Positions 26,766-37,541 of a stretch of DNA of 43,068 nucleotides are shown one piece after another. A program made the position numbers and the translations under genes. Positions within the stretch are counted from its first letter, which is position 1, and each line of letters begins with the position of its first letter. Below the pieces are notes generated by a model that ran no database searches, was not told the DNA's origin, and was given only the letters and a program-made list of their open reading frames with translations. The stretch lies in assembly GCA_023150835.1 (NCBI GenBank), contig JAKLKB010000134.1, forward strand, positions 1-43,068, written 5' to 3'. This stretch comes from Myxococcota bacterium (lineage in GTDB: Bacteria > Myxococcota_C > UBA6777).

Positions 26766-28547
26766 CTATTTCTTTTGGGGTGGGGGGAGGTGGGGGCGTG
26801 GAAAGGCGGTGGGTGGGGTCTGTGCGGGTGGGGTTTGGGTGGGGGGAGACTGTGGTGGAGGGAAGGTGGAGCGGTAAGCCTGTGAAGCAGGGGGCGCAGC
26901 AGGAGAAGAAGGAGCGGAAGAAGGGTAGGTTGCGAAATTGCCTGTGGTCGGTGCGGCTCCAAAAGGTCGGGTGGGCGGGAGTGTGGATGGGCGTGAGGGC
27001 GGGGCGGATTCCGACAAATTAGGGGAGGGGGCCGGAGAGGAAGGCGAGGCTAGAGAGGAGCGTGTGCGTGGGGTCAGTTGTAGCGAAGAGACGGAGGTTG
27101 TAGGGGGATCGAACGAAGCGGAGGCCGCAGAGAAGGTGGGGACGTTTTGGGAGGGTGTAGCTTGCAGGGGGGGACGGGCCATCGAAGCGACCCCAGCAGA
27201 AAAGGCGGGCAAGTTTTGCGTCGGTGTGGGTTGGAGGGGTGTGTTTTGCGAAGGGCGTGTCGGGACGGTCTCGCCGCGCATACGGCGAAGGGCGTCTTCG
27301 GCGTCTTCGTAACCCGGCAAGAGATCGGCGGCGGTATCGTAGGCTTGGATGGCTTCTTGTGTGCGACCTTGTCGTTCGTAGAGTTGACCCAAAACGTAAT
27401 AAGCGTCGTGGGCTTCGGGATCGTCTTGGAGGCTGCGCTGGATCACTTCGATGGCTTCGTCGTATCGGCGTTGGTTGATCAAAGAGATCCCGAGGTAGTA
27501 CATCGGTTCTGCGGGAGAGGGGGATATCTCAGCAGCTTTGCGTAAGTTTTCTTCGGCTTCTTTCCAGCGCTCTTGTTCGAGGACGGATACACCGAGCTGT
27601 TGGCGAAGGGTCGGGTGATTGGGGGCTTTTTGGAGGGCTTCTTTGACTAGAACTTCGGTTTCTTTCCAGCGGCGTTGTTCACCGAGAGCGGTGGCGAGGT
27701 TGTGGTAAGCGTCGGGATCGTTGGGATTTTGGCGTAAGACTTCGCGAAAAGTCTGTTCGGCTTCAGTCCATTTTTCTTGGCATAGCATGGTGACGCCGAG
27801 ATTGTAGCGAGCGGTGGGATGTTGTGGATCTTGGCGCAAGACTTCGGCGTATTCTTCTTCGACTTCGTCCCAGCGTTCTTGGTGGACTAAGGCGGAGGCG
27901 AGTTTTTCGCGGGCTTCGAGGTTGCGGGGGTGTTTTTGAACTTCTTCGCGCAGATCGCCTTCTTGGGTTTCGTAGAGGCCGGCGAGTGCGATGCGGGCTT
28001 CTTTGTGTTGGGGGTCGAGGCGAAGGGCTTCGCGGTAAAGGGCTTCGGCGTTAGGGAGATCGGCTTTTTGTTGGAGACATTGTCCGAGATTGTAGTGATA
28101 GTCGGCTTGATCGGGTTTGAGTTGGATGGCGGTGCGCAAGGAGGCTTCGGCGTCTTCGGTGCGGCCTTGTTCGAGGAGAGCTTGAGCGAGGCGTGCGTGG
28201 ACGACGGCATAATTGCTTTGAAAGCGTAGGTAGGTACGGAGGGAGGCTTCGGCTTCGGTCCATCGGTGTAGATCGAGCAAGGTTTGGCCGAGTTTGTAAT
28301 GCAAGACGGGGTCGGCGTATTGTGCGCGCAGAGCGCGTTGGTAAAGGGCGGCGGCTTCTTCGTTTCGGCCTTCGGTGCTGCGTATGCCGGCGAGTCGGTA
28401 GAGAGAGAAAGGTTCTTCGGGGTGGGCGGCGAGGACTTGGAGCAAGAGTTGTTCGGCTTCGGCGTAGCGTTGTTCGTCGAGGAAAGACATTGCGCGACGA
28501 AAGGAGACCATCGCGTTTGCAGAGATTTGCGGTTGCGGGTGGTTCAC
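26766..28547 (-). CDS. Tetratricopeptide repeat protein with Pro/Ser/Thr-rich C-terminal tail
   Basis: Many TPR units (e.g. AYHNLATALGEQRRWKETE); GTG start after AGGAG. Confidence 0.9.
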   Translation of the reverse strand: MNHPQPQISANAMVSFRRAMSFLDEQRYAEAEQLLLQVLAAHPEEPFSLYRLAGIRSTEGRNEEAAALYQRALRAQYADPVLHYKLGQTLLDLHRWTEAEASLRTYLRFQSNYAVVHARLAQALLEQGRTEDAEASLRTAIQLKPDQADYHYNLGQCLQQKADLPNAEALYREALRLDPQHKEARIALAGLYETQEGDLREEVQKHPRNLEAREKLASALVHQERWDEVEEEYAEVLRQDPQHPTARYNLGVTMLCQEKWTEAEQTFREVLRQNPNDPDAYHNLATALGEQRRWKETEVLVKEALQKAPNHPTLRQQLGVSVLEQERWKEAEENLRKAAEISPSPAEPMYYLGISLINQRRYDEAIEVIQRSLQDDPEAHDAYYVLGQLYERQGRTQEAIQAYDTAADLLPGYEDAEDALRRMRGETVPTRPSQNTPLQPTPTQNLPAFSAGVASMARPPLQATPSQNVPTFSAASASFDPPTTSVSSLQLTPRTRSSLASPSSPAPSPNLSESAPPSRPSTLPPTRPFGAAPTTGNFATYPSSAPSSPAAPPASQAYRSTFPPPQSPPTQTPPAQTPPTAFPRPHLPPPQKK

Positions 28548-28677
28548 GATCCGCTCCTATTCCGGTGTCCTGTTTGGGGGGGCGCACGCGGGAAACGCCG
28601 TATTGTTCGAGATCTGTGGGCTGCGAGGCGTTTGTGGTATGCAAAAGCCAAGGGCAGCGTGCAGGGAAAGCACCGAG

Positions 28678-29586
28678 TTAATCAAAAGTGATGGTAGCCT
28701 TTGGATAGCGTTTTTGGAAGAGTGTGAGATGTTTTTGGTATTTTTGATCGCGTTTGAGTTCTCGATAGCACGAGATCTCAAGGCGGTAGACGTCGATGCG
28801 AAGGGGGTTTTGAGGATACAGCGTGTGAAAGCGCGAGAGCAGCGGTAAGGCTTGGGTGTAGGCGTTGATTCGCGCCAAGGCACGGGCTTCTCCAAACAGC
28901 GCGGCAGCACCGATGCGTTGTTGATCTTGGCGATCGTGTTGTTGCAAGCGTTGGAAGAGCGTGCGTGCAGGTCCGATCTCTCGGCGCAACAGCAGGCGTT
29001 CTGCGTAGGCGAGTTGTTGCAGGAGATCGCGTGTGTATGCGGGGGTGCGTCGCAGATCTTCGTAGCGATGGCGTTTTTCGAGGGTTGCGTGCAGGGGCGG
29101 AGCAAAAAATCGTGCGGGGTAATAGCCGACGATGCGTTCGACTTCGCGGCCTTGGGGATCGAGGATCAGCGTGGTTGGAAAGCGTCCGATCTGATAGCGT
29201 TGTGTGATGGATTTGCCCGTAGGTTGGTCGATATCGAACTTGACGACAAGGAATCGATCGAGCAGCGTTGCGATCAAAGGGTGGGAAAAGGTCTCTGCTT
29301 CGAGCTTTTTGCAGGGCGCGCACCAGACGGCAAATAAATCAAGGAATATCGGTCGATTCAAGCGAGAGGCTTCGCGGATGGCGGCTGGCAGATCGGGAAA
29401 TGGGCGATATCTCGGGCGGCGATAACCTGCACGTAAGGGCGCAGAGGCAGGAGCGGCGGAGGGGGGTTTGTGAACGAGCAGCGAGGATCGTTCAAACAGC
29501 CCGCCTGATCGGGCCGCAAGGAAGAGGCTGATCAACAGCAATGACAGTGCAGCGAGGGGCGCACCGCGTGTTTGGAAAGGTGACAA
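28678..29586 (-). CDS. Exported thioredoxin-family protein with C-terminal TPR-like region
   Basis: Signal/TM; FLDLFAVWCAPCKKL; FPTTLILDPQGRE. Confidence 0.88.
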   Translation of the reverse strand: MSPFQTRGAPLAALSLLLISLFLAARSGGLFERSSLLVHKPPSAAPASAPLRAGYRRPRYRPFPDLPAAIREASRLNRPIFLDLFAVWCAPCKKLEAETFSHPLIATLLDRFLVVKFDIDQPTGKSITQRYQIGRFPTTLILDPQGREVERIVGYYPARFFAPPLHATLEKRHRYEDLRRTPAYTRDLLQQLAYAERLLLRREIGPARTLFQRLQQHDRQDQQRIGAAALFGEARALARINAYTQALPLLSRFHTLYPQNPLRIDVYRLEISCYRELKRDQKYQKHLTLFQKRYPKATITFD

Positions 29587-29596
29587 GAGCGGCCTC

Positions 29597-32500
29597 CTAC
29601 CGTTGTTTCATTCGTTCAACGATGCGCGTCGAATCAAATCGAGCCGTACTATAGGCCCCAAGGCGCAGCGCAAAAGCCTCGATGGTTTGGGCATCTGCTC
29701 CCAGTTTGATGAACTTTTGTCGGCGTTTGGAAGGGGCCTTGCCTTCTTGTGCGGCTTCGGCGATCAAGTCTTGATCGCGCAAAAGCAACAAGCCTTGATC
29801 CAAGGTATCCATCGAGACGCTATCGGAGTAGCGCAAAAATCCTTCATGAAAAAGCGACTCCGCAAGCTGTTGTGTAAACTTGATGAATGTTTTTTCTTCT
29901 TGCATCTCGTTGGGTTGTAGCGAGAGGAGCGCCAGCGCACTCACCCAGTAGCTATCCAAAAAGGGCGTAAACAGCGCACGTAAGAAGCGCAACATCTGAT
30001 GCCCTTGAGGGGCGGGATAGATCAGACCATCGCGTTCTTGGAGGATGGCACGTCGGATCATCAGTGCGAGTGTTTCTTCAAAGTTGTCTTGGATATCGGG
30101 GGTAGGTCGATAGACAAACTCGAACTTGAGGATCTGGCTCACCGAGCGAACATGCCCAAGCAGCGCATCTTTTGGGATGCCGGGGTCACCTGCGCGCAGA
30201 TTGGGATGGGCCTGCATCGCGCAGGCTACGACACCTTCGGACAAAAACAAGTGCATCAGTTGGTTGCGGTAGTAGCTCATCTCGACACGGCGGCTTTCAC
30301 GCGGTCGGATCAAGGGTTCGGGGATGCCTTTGGGCCGTTTCAACAGCTTCTGTAAGAATTGCACTGCGTCATCCACGATCTTCCCCGTGTCCTCGAAAGG
30401 TGTCACGCGGCCATTGCGCTCCAACACGGCTTGCTTCAACCAATCCGTTCGTTCGATCAGTTCGCTTCGCGAAAGTCCCCGTCGTTCGTGGGTCATCAAC
30501 ACGGTGGAAACCAGCGCTGTGGGGGTGGCGACGGACGCCATGTTGATATCGTAAACCACGCGATAAGCGAGCGTCATCACGAGGCGTTTGCGATCTTCCT
30601 TGTTGTTGTAAGGGTCGAAGCTACCGCGCTTTCGCTTTTCTTCGTTGATCTCTTCTTGGATGTAGCGTCGTAAAGAGATCGGCTGGGCGAAATGGATATT
30701 GACGTGTCCAAAGTTAAGCTTCAGCAGCTTGCGGGCTTTGAGCAGTCCACCGATGGATTCTTTTTCTTTCTTTCCACCAAGAAGTTCGTTGGAATAGCTT
30801 TCTCCCTCGATGATCTTGTCATAGCCGATCGAGGTGGGAGCAAGGTATGCGTCAGGAACGCGGTTTTCGAGGACGCTATCGACGACGATCGCCAGTACGC
30901 CCATCTTGGGTTGGCGAAGTTTTCCTGTGCGGCTGCGTCCGCCTTCAATGAAAAATTCGACGTTGTTTCCGTCGCGCAAAAGCAAGCTGACGTACTCGCT
31001 AAAGATGGCCTTATAAAGCTCATCATCCCCAAAGGATCGGCGGATAAAAAAGGCCCCGCTTTTTCGGAAGATCCAGCCGATCACAGGCATCAAGAGGTTG
31101 TCTCCTGCCGTGATATAGGGGATCTTGAGATCGTAGTTGTAAAAAACCTGCGACATGATCAGATAATCGACGTGGCTTTTGTGGCTTGGAAGCAGGACGA
31201 TCGGGCCTTTGAGTGCGGCTTCGCGGAGTTGTTCGATACCATGACGATCGATCACGATCCCTGCATACATCTGACGCCAGATCTTGTTGAGGATCCAGTC
31301 GAGAAAGCGGGCGACGCCCATGTGCAGATCCGACGCCATACGATCAAGGGCTTTTTGTGCGCGGCGTTGGATCGCTTCGGGGGGCTTTCCTTCTTTTTGA
31401 GCGACTTCTTGGATGACTTTTTGAACGCGGGCGGCTTTCAAGACAAGTGCGATGGTCTCTTTGGCGGGGCGTGTGCGTGGGCCAGTCACGATGTGATGTT
31501 CGCGATCAAGCCGTCGATTCAGGCGATCGCGTAGGTATCCTGCGATCTGTTTGTTGTCCCAGTGCGGATGGGTGCGCATCAGGGCTTGGATATTGATCGG
31601 ATCGCCGCCGCGCACTTGGCTTTGTCTGCGATCTCGAAAAAACAGATACAGTTCGCGCAAGGTGCCGGGGAATTCTTTTTCACCGAACAGCACATCCCAA
31701 AAGCTGCGGGTGGCTCGTGAGGGGGTACGATCCCACACCAAGATCTGCGGACAAAGAAAGATCGGGCGTTTTTGTTGGCGCTGGAGGATCACCAACTCTT
31801 CGATCAGATCGACATCTCGGCCTCCCGGGGCGGGAGCCAGTCGGATCAAGCCACGCATCTTGTCGCGCAGCCAGTAAAATCCGCTGCGCAGCGCCGTCAT
31901 CGCCGTGTGGGGCCTTGCCAAAAACAGCGCGGTCGCTTCGTGTTGGCGGAGCAATCCGCGAAACAGATCCGCTTCGTCTTTCCCACCCGATCCAAAGATC
32001 CGACCAAACCAGCCCGTAAAGAAGATCCACAGATTGCGCCAAAAAGGAGCCCACGGAACCCAATACAAGCCTTGCGCAAAACGCGCAAGCGGCAGGCGAT
32101 AGCGTAGGAAAAGCGCGTTGTAAATAAAGTAGGTCACGTAGCTTTGGCTACGCATGACATACACGATCGTTCCTTGGTTTGCGGCTTCGTTCAGCTTTTC
32201 TTCGCGCTCTTTGGCGATCGTCAGATCCGCCGTATAATGGCGTGCAAACCAGCCCCATACACCGCGCAATCGCTCTTGCATCCCCGTCCAAGCGCTGTGG
32301 ATCAATCGCCGACGTTCTACCTCATCGACTTCTTCGAACACATCGGCCTTTGCCTCGATCGGCTGCGGCGATTGAATGGCTTCTCGGCTCGGGGGAGATA
32401 ACTTCGATGCCCCATCTAATTCTTTCCAAGGCTCGGCTGTTCCGGGTTCACCAAGCAACGGAGATTCCAACACAAACGACGGCGTTTCGACGAAAAGCTT

Positions 32501-32614
32501 GGGGCTTGAAACTGGGGGGCTTGGCAACATCTCCGCCTCTGCGACGGGACGGGCTTCTTGAGGGGATGTCCATTCGCCAGAAGACGATGGATGGGGACTT
32601 TCAGGGCGGCCCAT
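29597..32614 (-). CDS. plsB: Glycerol-3-phosphate O-acyltransferase (PlsB/GPAT family)
   Basis: PSHKSHVDY (HxxxxD), GAFFIRRSF, FFIEGGRSRTGK, PTSIGYD; true start may lie downstream of 32614. Confidence 0.9.
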   Translation of the reverse strand: MGRPESPHPSSSGEWTSPQEARPVAEAEMLPSPPVSSPKLFVETPSFVLESPLLGEPGTAEPWKELDGASKLSPPSREAIQSPQPIEAKADVFEEVDEVERRRLIHSAWTGMQERLRGVWGWFARHYTADLTIAKEREEKLNEAANQGTIVYVMRSQSYVTYFIYNALFLRYRLPLARFAQGLYWVPWAPFWRNLWIFFTGWFGRIFGSGGKDEADLFRGLLRQHEATALFLARPHTAMTALRSGFYWLRDKMRGLIRLAPAPGGRDVDLIEELVILQRQQKRPIFLCPQILVWDRTPSRATRSFWDVLFGEKEFPGTLRELYLFFRDRRQSQVRGGDPINIQALMRTHPHWDNKQIAGYLRDRLNRRLDREHHIVTGPRTRPAKETIALVLKAARVQKVIQEVAQKEGKPPEAIQRRAQKALDRMASDLHMGVARFLDWILNKIWRQMYAGIVIDRHGIEQLREAALKGPIVLLPSHKSHVDYLIMSQVFYNYDLKIPYITAGDNLLMPVIGWIFRKSGAFFIRRSFGDDELYKAIFSEYVSLLLRDGNNVEFFIEGGRSRTGKLRQPKMGVLAIVVDSVLENRVPDAYLAPTSIGYDKIIEGESYSNELLGGKKEKESIGGLLKARKLLKLNFGHVNIHFAQPISLRRYIQEEINEEKRKRGSFDPYNNKEDRKRLVMTLAYRVVYDINMASVATPTALVSTVLMTHERRGLSRSELIERTDWLKQAVLERNGRVTPFEDTGKIVDDAVQFLQKLLKRPKGIPEPLIRPRESRRVEMSYYRNQLMHLFLSEGVVACAMQAHPNLRAGDPGIPKDALLGHVRSVSQILKFEFVYRPTPDIQDNFEETLALMIRRAILQERDGLIYPAPQGHQMLRFLRALFTPFLDSYWVSALALLSLQPNEMQEEKTFIKFTQQLAESLFHEGFLRYSDSVSMDTLDQGLLLLRDQDLIAEAAQEGKAPSKRRQKFIKLGADAQTIEAFALRLGAYSTARFDSTRIVERMKQR

Positions 32615-32730
32615 AGTGGAATCCTATATGTTATCAAGAGCCAAGGCTCTTTGTTTTTTTCTCTTTTGCACGATGCAGCGGCGTCTCACAACGCAACAAG
32701 GGAAGTATGCAAGCACACTTCCCTTTTCAT

Positions 32731-32846
32731 GAACCCCGCGTTTGCGGCACTTCAAGCGGCTGTGCTGTTTGACACACCACTCATCACCCCGCCAACACGG
32801 GGTCAAGGGGGCCGCGCTCCCTGCGGGGCGTGGGGTGGAACCCCAC
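32731..32846. repeat. Family B element, copy 4
   Basis: cccgcgtttgcggcacttcaagcg...gccaacacggggtcaagggg...ggggtggaaccccac. Confidence 0.8.
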
Positions 32847-32872
32847 AAAACCATCCAACCGCGCCACTCCCG

Positions 32873-34930
32873 TTAGAATTGAAACATCAAGCCTGCGCGG
32901 ATCGAGTTATCGGACAGATTCATGCCGGGGGTCAAGACGCCAACCCATGAGATATTCCATTCGACAAACAAGTAGGTGTGGTTGACGCCGACTTCCATAT
33001 CAAAGGTGCGTGCGGTGACGGGATCGAGGACATCCAGAAGGAATTGTAGCCCCGCGCCAAAGTGAAAACCAAAACGCCCACCCAAGGCGGTCGCTGTTTT
33101 GCCGTCGCTGCCTGTTGAAGTGGCCAATGCCCCATTCGCGTCCGTCACAAACCAAAGATTGTAATCTATGCCGCCGCGCACATACGGCACCAAAGGAAAG
33201 CGGTTGCGATGCACAAAGTAATCCATGCGGTAGATCAACTCAAGGCGCATCGGCAACATCCAAAACGCCATCGTGTTGTTTTCGTCGGGTGTTCCGTCTT
33301 GTTTTAACGATTTTCCTTGCATCCAGCTTATGCCAAAGGTCGCTCCCAATCCCAATGAACCGAATTGCTTGAAGAACAACCACTCCAAGCCGATCTCCAG
33401 ATAGGGGAGGGTGGTTGTGCCAAACAACGTTTGAAAAGGTTTGCCTGAGATGCCCGTCTCTTGGTCGATTTGAGACAAGTACGGTCCGCCCCGTAGCTCT
33501 AAGCTAAAGTTGCGCGGCGAGACATCTGCACGCGCAGGCATCGAAAACAAGGCCCAAAGCAATAGAGCGATCCCTGCGATCCCAAGGGGGGTTGAAGCCG
33601 CAGAGGCCGATCGACGTAAGGCTTGTCCGAACGCTCGCAAGGCTCGCCAACACAGCCAGACCATCAACACACACATCATCAACAAGGCAAGGCCCCCGAT
33701 ACACGGGGACCATAGCCACAGCGCGGCCCATTGCACAACGGGCCACAGCGCGATCTGTGCTGTGCGTTTGGCCACAGGAGAAGAGGCGATCCATGCCGCG
33801 AGACGAGGGCTTTTCGCATAATACCACGCGATCATCGATCGCCCCCATGTATAGGGTTTGAGAGCGCGATCTCGAAACAAGCGCAAGCGTTGAACTTCGG
33901 AAGCATCGTAGGAGCCATACGCTGCGGTGGCGATAAAGCAGTAGCCACCGCCTCCAAAGCCATTGTCTTTGCCGCCAGATTGTTTGTAGGCTTCAAAAAA
34001 GTCAGTCAACGGTGTAGGTTGTGCCGAAACAACGGGAGATAGGGCGCTTGCGTTTCCCGCTTTGTCGTAGGCCACGATCCCGATGTAGTAGGTTTTGTTG
34101 TTGGAAAGATTGGAGAGCGCGTATGTGGCGCTGGTGATGGGGCTGCTGTTGTGCTTGAAGACATCTGCGTCGGTGGTGGAACTGAATGATTTTTCGCTAA
34201 AGTACACATCAAAGCGGTAGTAGTTTTCTTCGTCCGACTTGTCGAACTTGATCTCCAGCTTCGCGTCGCCCACGACCAACGAAGGGGCGGCAGGCGGCGG
34301 CGGTGGCGTGAGATCGAAGCGCACGTTGAGGGTGTTGCTGGGTTCTTCTTTGCTGCTTCCTGTGCCGATGATCACGGTGTAGGTGGCCTTCAAAAAGATA
34401 TCCATGCTCTCATCCCCCCCAAGAGCGGCAGGATTGGGAGTGCAGATCTGGTCGAAGGCTGTAAGCTTTTGATCGTCGAGGTAGCGGCGGTGGCCGATCA
34501 GATCGCGCAGCGTGAGGATCTGTTGTTTGTCCTCGTCGTTAAACATCCCGTCTTGGAGCTTTTTCGATTGGTTCAGCGTCCCGTCAAAAGCCACCTGAAA
34601 GAGCCCTAGATATTTGGGATCGTTGGGATCTTTGATCGGACTCGGTTGGACTTGGGTCATGTTGACGGCCCCATTGAACAGCCGAATCCCCGTTGTCCCG
34701 TTCCCTAAATAGATCTCAAGCGTCATGGTGGTGGGTAACGTCGAAGAGGACGGGCTTAAACCCCAATTAAACTTGATGATCTTGTTGCTGTCGCAATCTG
34801 CTTTGCCGTACACGGTGTCTTTGGCTTCGCCGCCAAAGTTGATGGTTTGCGCTTGCGTGAGGCTACCGCACACCAAACACCCAAAAAAGACCGAGAAAAA
34901 GGCCCACCATCGAACGTTCGTTCGCCGCAT
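32873..34930 (-). CDS. Fusion: FN3 domain + CFI-box-CTERM + MXAN_2562-like outer-membrane beta-barrel
   Basis: Signal peptide; LSNLSNNKTYYIGIVAYDKAGNAS (FN3); CFIATAAYGS...LRLFRD (CFI-box); SPRNFSLELRGGPY...GVNHTYLF...GLMFQF barrel. Confidence 0.82.
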   Translation of the reverse strand: MRRTNVRWWAFFSVFFGCLVCGSLTQAQTINFGGEAKDTVYGKADCDSNKIIKFNWGLSPSSSTLPTTMTLEIYLGNGTTGIRLFNGAVNMTQVQPSPIKDPNDPKYLGLFQVAFDGTLNQSKKLQDGMFNDEDKQQILTLRDLIGHRRYLDDQKLTAFDQICTPNPAALGGDESMDIFLKATYTVIIGTGSSKEEPSNTLNVRFDLTPPPPPAAPSLVVGDAKLEIKFDKSDEENYYRFDVYFSEKSFSSTTDADVFKHNSSPITSATYALSNLSNNKTYYIGIVAYDKAGNASALSPVVSAQPTPLTDFFEAYKQSGGKDNGFGGGGYCFIATAAYGSYDASEVQRLRLFRDRALKPYTWGRSMIAWYYAKSPRLAAWIASSPVAKRTAQIALWPVVQWAALWLWSPCIGGLALLMMCVLMVWLCWRALRAFGQALRRSASAASTPLGIAGIALLLWALFSMPARADVSPRNFSLELRGGPYLSQIDQETGISGKPFQTLFGTTTLPYLEIGLEWLFFKQFGSLGLGATFGISWMQGKSLKQDGTPDENNTMAFWMLPMRLELIYRMDYFVHRNRFPLVPYVRGGIDYNLWFVTDANGALATSTGSDGKTATALGGRFGFHFGAGLQFLLDVLDPVTARTFDMEVGVNHTYLFVEWNISWVGVLTPGMNLSDNSIRAGLMFQF

Positions 34931-35273
34931 AACACTCCTCGAAGAACTGCTTTCCTCAAAATCCCCGCAGCAGCGGAGGTTTGGGGATCATCATTGACGC
35001 AAGACAGATTGACCGTGCCGAAAAATCGATGGCGTGGTCAGGTTTTCGCTCGTCCAAGCAAGAATAGGGCCTTTGCCATAAAAAAGCGATAAACTGTGCA
35101 TCCTTCCCCAGAAAAAGCAAGCAGGACGCCGCTTTTTGAATCCCTCTCCCGCTCTCGTCAGATCGCGTCTCTCTGGCACGCTTGAACCCAAGCAAGAGGG
35201 GGGATGTGACAACTTGTCAACCTGCCGTAACTTGCTTTTGCTTTGATTCGGGCTTGGTGACACCGAGCACGAT

Positions 35274-36302
35274 TTAGGCGGGTGTTGGCAGGTAATCCGC
35301 GATCAGGTGTTCTGCGATCTGCACTGCGTTGAGAGCAGCTCCTTTGCGAAGGTTATCTGAAACGACCCAGAGATGCAGCGTGTTGGGCAAGTTGTTGTCT
35401 TTGCGGATGCGTCCGACGAAGACATCATCTTTTCCTGCGGCTTCGATCGGAAGGGGATAATGGTGCTTGCTTGGATCATCAAAGAGCGTGACACCCGGTG
35501 CGGACGCCAACAAACGCCGCGCCTCTTCGACAGACAGAGGCTTCGCAAAGTCCACCGTCACGGCTTCGGAGTGTCCTGTGATCACAGGAACACGAACACA
35601 CGTCGCAGAGACCGCTAGATCGGGAAGTCCCATAATCTTGCGGGTTTCGTAAAGCATCTTTTGCTCTTCGCGGGTGTATCCGTCTTCCAGAAAGATGTCG
35701 ATGTGTGGAAGCACATTAAAAGCGATCTGATGGGCGAATGTCTTGACCTCGATCGGTTTGAAGTTGAGCATTGAGACCGTCTGATGGCTCAACTCTTCGA
35801 TGCCTTTTTGCCCTGCGCCAGACGCTGCTTGATAGGTTGACACGATCACCCGCTGAAGCGTTGCGGCGTCATGCAAAGGTTTGAGGGCCACCACCATCTG
35901 AATGGTCGAGCAATTGGGGTTTCCGATGATGCCTTTTTTGGCGTATCCATCGAGTGCATGGGGGTTGACTTCGGGGACCACCAACGGACAAGCGGGGTCC
36001 ATCCGCCACGCAGAGGAGTTGTCTACCACCACGCAGCCTTGCGACCATGCGTGAGGGGCCAACTCTTTACTTGTCGCTCCACCCGCTGAAAACAATGCGA
36101 TCTGGCAGCCCGCAAAACGCTCTGGCGTGGCGATCTCGACCTTGTGCGGCTTGTCTTGAAACAACATCGTTTGACCCGCCGAACGAGGCGACGCCAACAA
36201 GCGCAACGAACGTACTGGAAAACGCCGTTGCTCTAGCGTATTCAACATCTCTCGACCCACCGCTCCCGTTGCACCGACTACCGCGATATCATAACCAGCC
36301 AT
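35274..36302 (-). CDS. asd: Aspartate-semialdehyde dehydrogenase
   Basis: VVGATGAVG, VDNSSAWRM, NPNCST, STYQAASGAG, RVPVITGHS, DNLRKGAALNAVQIAE. Confidence 0.97.
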   Translation of the reverse strand: MAGYDIAVVGATGAVGREMLNTLEQRRFPVRSLRLLASPRSAGQTMLFQDKPHKVEIATPERFAGCQIALFSAGGATSKELAPHAWSQGCVVVDNSSAWRMDPACPLVVPEVNPHALDGYAKKGIIGNPNCSTIQMVVALKPLHDAATLQRVIVSTYQAASGAGQKGIEELSHQTVSMLNFKPIEVKTFAHQIAFNVLPHIDIFLEDGYTREEQKMLYETRKIMGLPDLAVSATCVRVPVITGHSEAVTVDFAKPLSVEEARRLLASAPGVTLFDDPSKHHYPLPIEAAGKDDVFVGRIRKDNNLPNTLHLWVVSDNLRKGAALNAVQIAEHLIADYLPTPA

Positions 36303-36341
36303 CTGTTTCTTTGTTCCTTTTCTGTTTGGATTATTCGGATT

Positions 36342-36431
36342 ATACGATGTCCGAGTGATGTGCGTGCAGAGAATAGTACGTAGACGCCCGATTATTGGGC
36401 AGCCACAGGGGGATGCCCCTATCTCTTTACG
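36342..36431. repeat. Solo family A REP-like element
   Basis: tagtacgtagacgccc...gggcagccacagggggatgcccctat; inverted homolog of 12245-12331. Confidence 0.8.
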
Positions 36432-36455
36432 CTCACACAACGGGCGGATTTCGAA

Positions 36456-37022
36456 TTATTCGGCTTTTTTTTGTTGGGCTTCTTTGTGTGCGCGATAACG
36501 GCGGACTATCCGAAGAGTGAGCGGGTACATTGGGATGGATATCAGGGTGGCGATGATCAGACTGCCGATCCACATCGGCAACGCTAACTCCCCAAGGCCC
36601 GCCATCACAAAGCCTTTGATTTGATCCACCCATGTCATCTGGCTTGGATCGCGCTGAAGATATGTAGCAAATTGCTGCCGCCAGCCCTCTAAACTGAAGG
36701 GCGGCATCCAGCCCCGCCCCGTCAAGATCCAGCCCAACCACAGATAGCCGTAATACATCGGGAGCATGGTCACAGGATTGGAGACCCAACACATCGCCAC
36801 AGCAACGATACGATTCATGGTCCAACGCGTGTAGCGGTTGATCAACGTCCCGACCACCACAGACACGGTCATCTGGATGCCGATCGTCGGAGTCAGCGCG
36901 ATAAACATCCCGACTGCTGCGCCCAAGGCGATCGATTCGGGCGTTCCTTCGATCTCGATCAACGGCTTGATCACCTTCTCATAGAAAAATCCTTGCTTCA
37001 CCCCCGGTAACTCTTGGTTCAT
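36456..37022 (-). CDS. DUF2062 domain membrane protein
   Basis: TPESIALGAAVGMFIALTPTIGIQ, WVSNPVT. Confidence 0.88.
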   Translation of the reverse strand: MNQELPGVKQGFFYEKVIKPLIEIEGTPESIALGAAVGMFIALTPTIGIQMTVSVVVGTLINRYTRWTMNRIVAVAMCWVSNPVTMLPMYYGYLWLGWILTGRGWMPPFSLEGWRQQFATYLQRDPSQMTWVDQIKGFVMAGLGELALPMWIGSLIIATLISIPMYPLTLRIVRRYRAHKEAQQKKAE

Positions 37023-37082
37023 CGATCCACCTCTCAAGTAAAATACGCTATTTTGCCGAATCGACCGGCAATCTTGGATGTT

Positions 37083-37541
37083 CTAACGTCTGCGTACGTA
37101 GCCCTTGCTTCCATGGGTATGGTGGATCTTTCCGCCTTTGTCGTTGAACAAGTATTCGCCTGCGATCTCGATGCGTTCGCCGCGCTCGATTTTCTTGAGT
37201 TCTTTGCCCGTGTAGAGGTTGTTTTCGATGCGCAACTCTAGATCCGAGCCTTCGAGCTGGACGTTGAAGATCTGATGGGGATAACGGTTCGTGTGATCGG
37301 GCGTCGAACCAAAGAGACGTTCTTTCAATGAACGCCAGAGATGCCGCCAAAAACGACGGCGGCGCTCGCTGCGTTCTTCATCCGTGACAGGCTTGACCCA
37401 CGTGACGGTTCCTGTCACATCCCACACCCAACCATCGCGCTTTTCGCGGTACAACTGCTTGACTTTCTCATTGTCTCGACCCGGCCCGCGACCACGCACA
37501 CCGATCAAACGCAGAAAAGCATCCCATAGACGACGAAACAT
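37083..37541 (-). CDS. DUF3465 domain (OB-fold-like) protein
   Basis: HQIFNVQL...IENN...GEYLFNDKGGKIHHTH. Confidence 0.78.
   Translation of the reverse strand: MFRRLWDAFLRLIGVRGRGPGRDNEKVKQLYREKRDGWVWDVTGTVTWVKPVTDEERSERRRRFWRHLWRSLKERLFGSTPDHTNRYPHQIFNVQLEGSDLELRIENNLYTGKELKKIERGERIEIAGEYLFNDKGGKIHHTHGSKGYVRRR

Noticed and set aside
24514-28547. Read-through fusion of the TPR and Cys-rich genes
   Set aside because: Different frames; the Cys-rich gene has its own RBS and signal peptide at 26709
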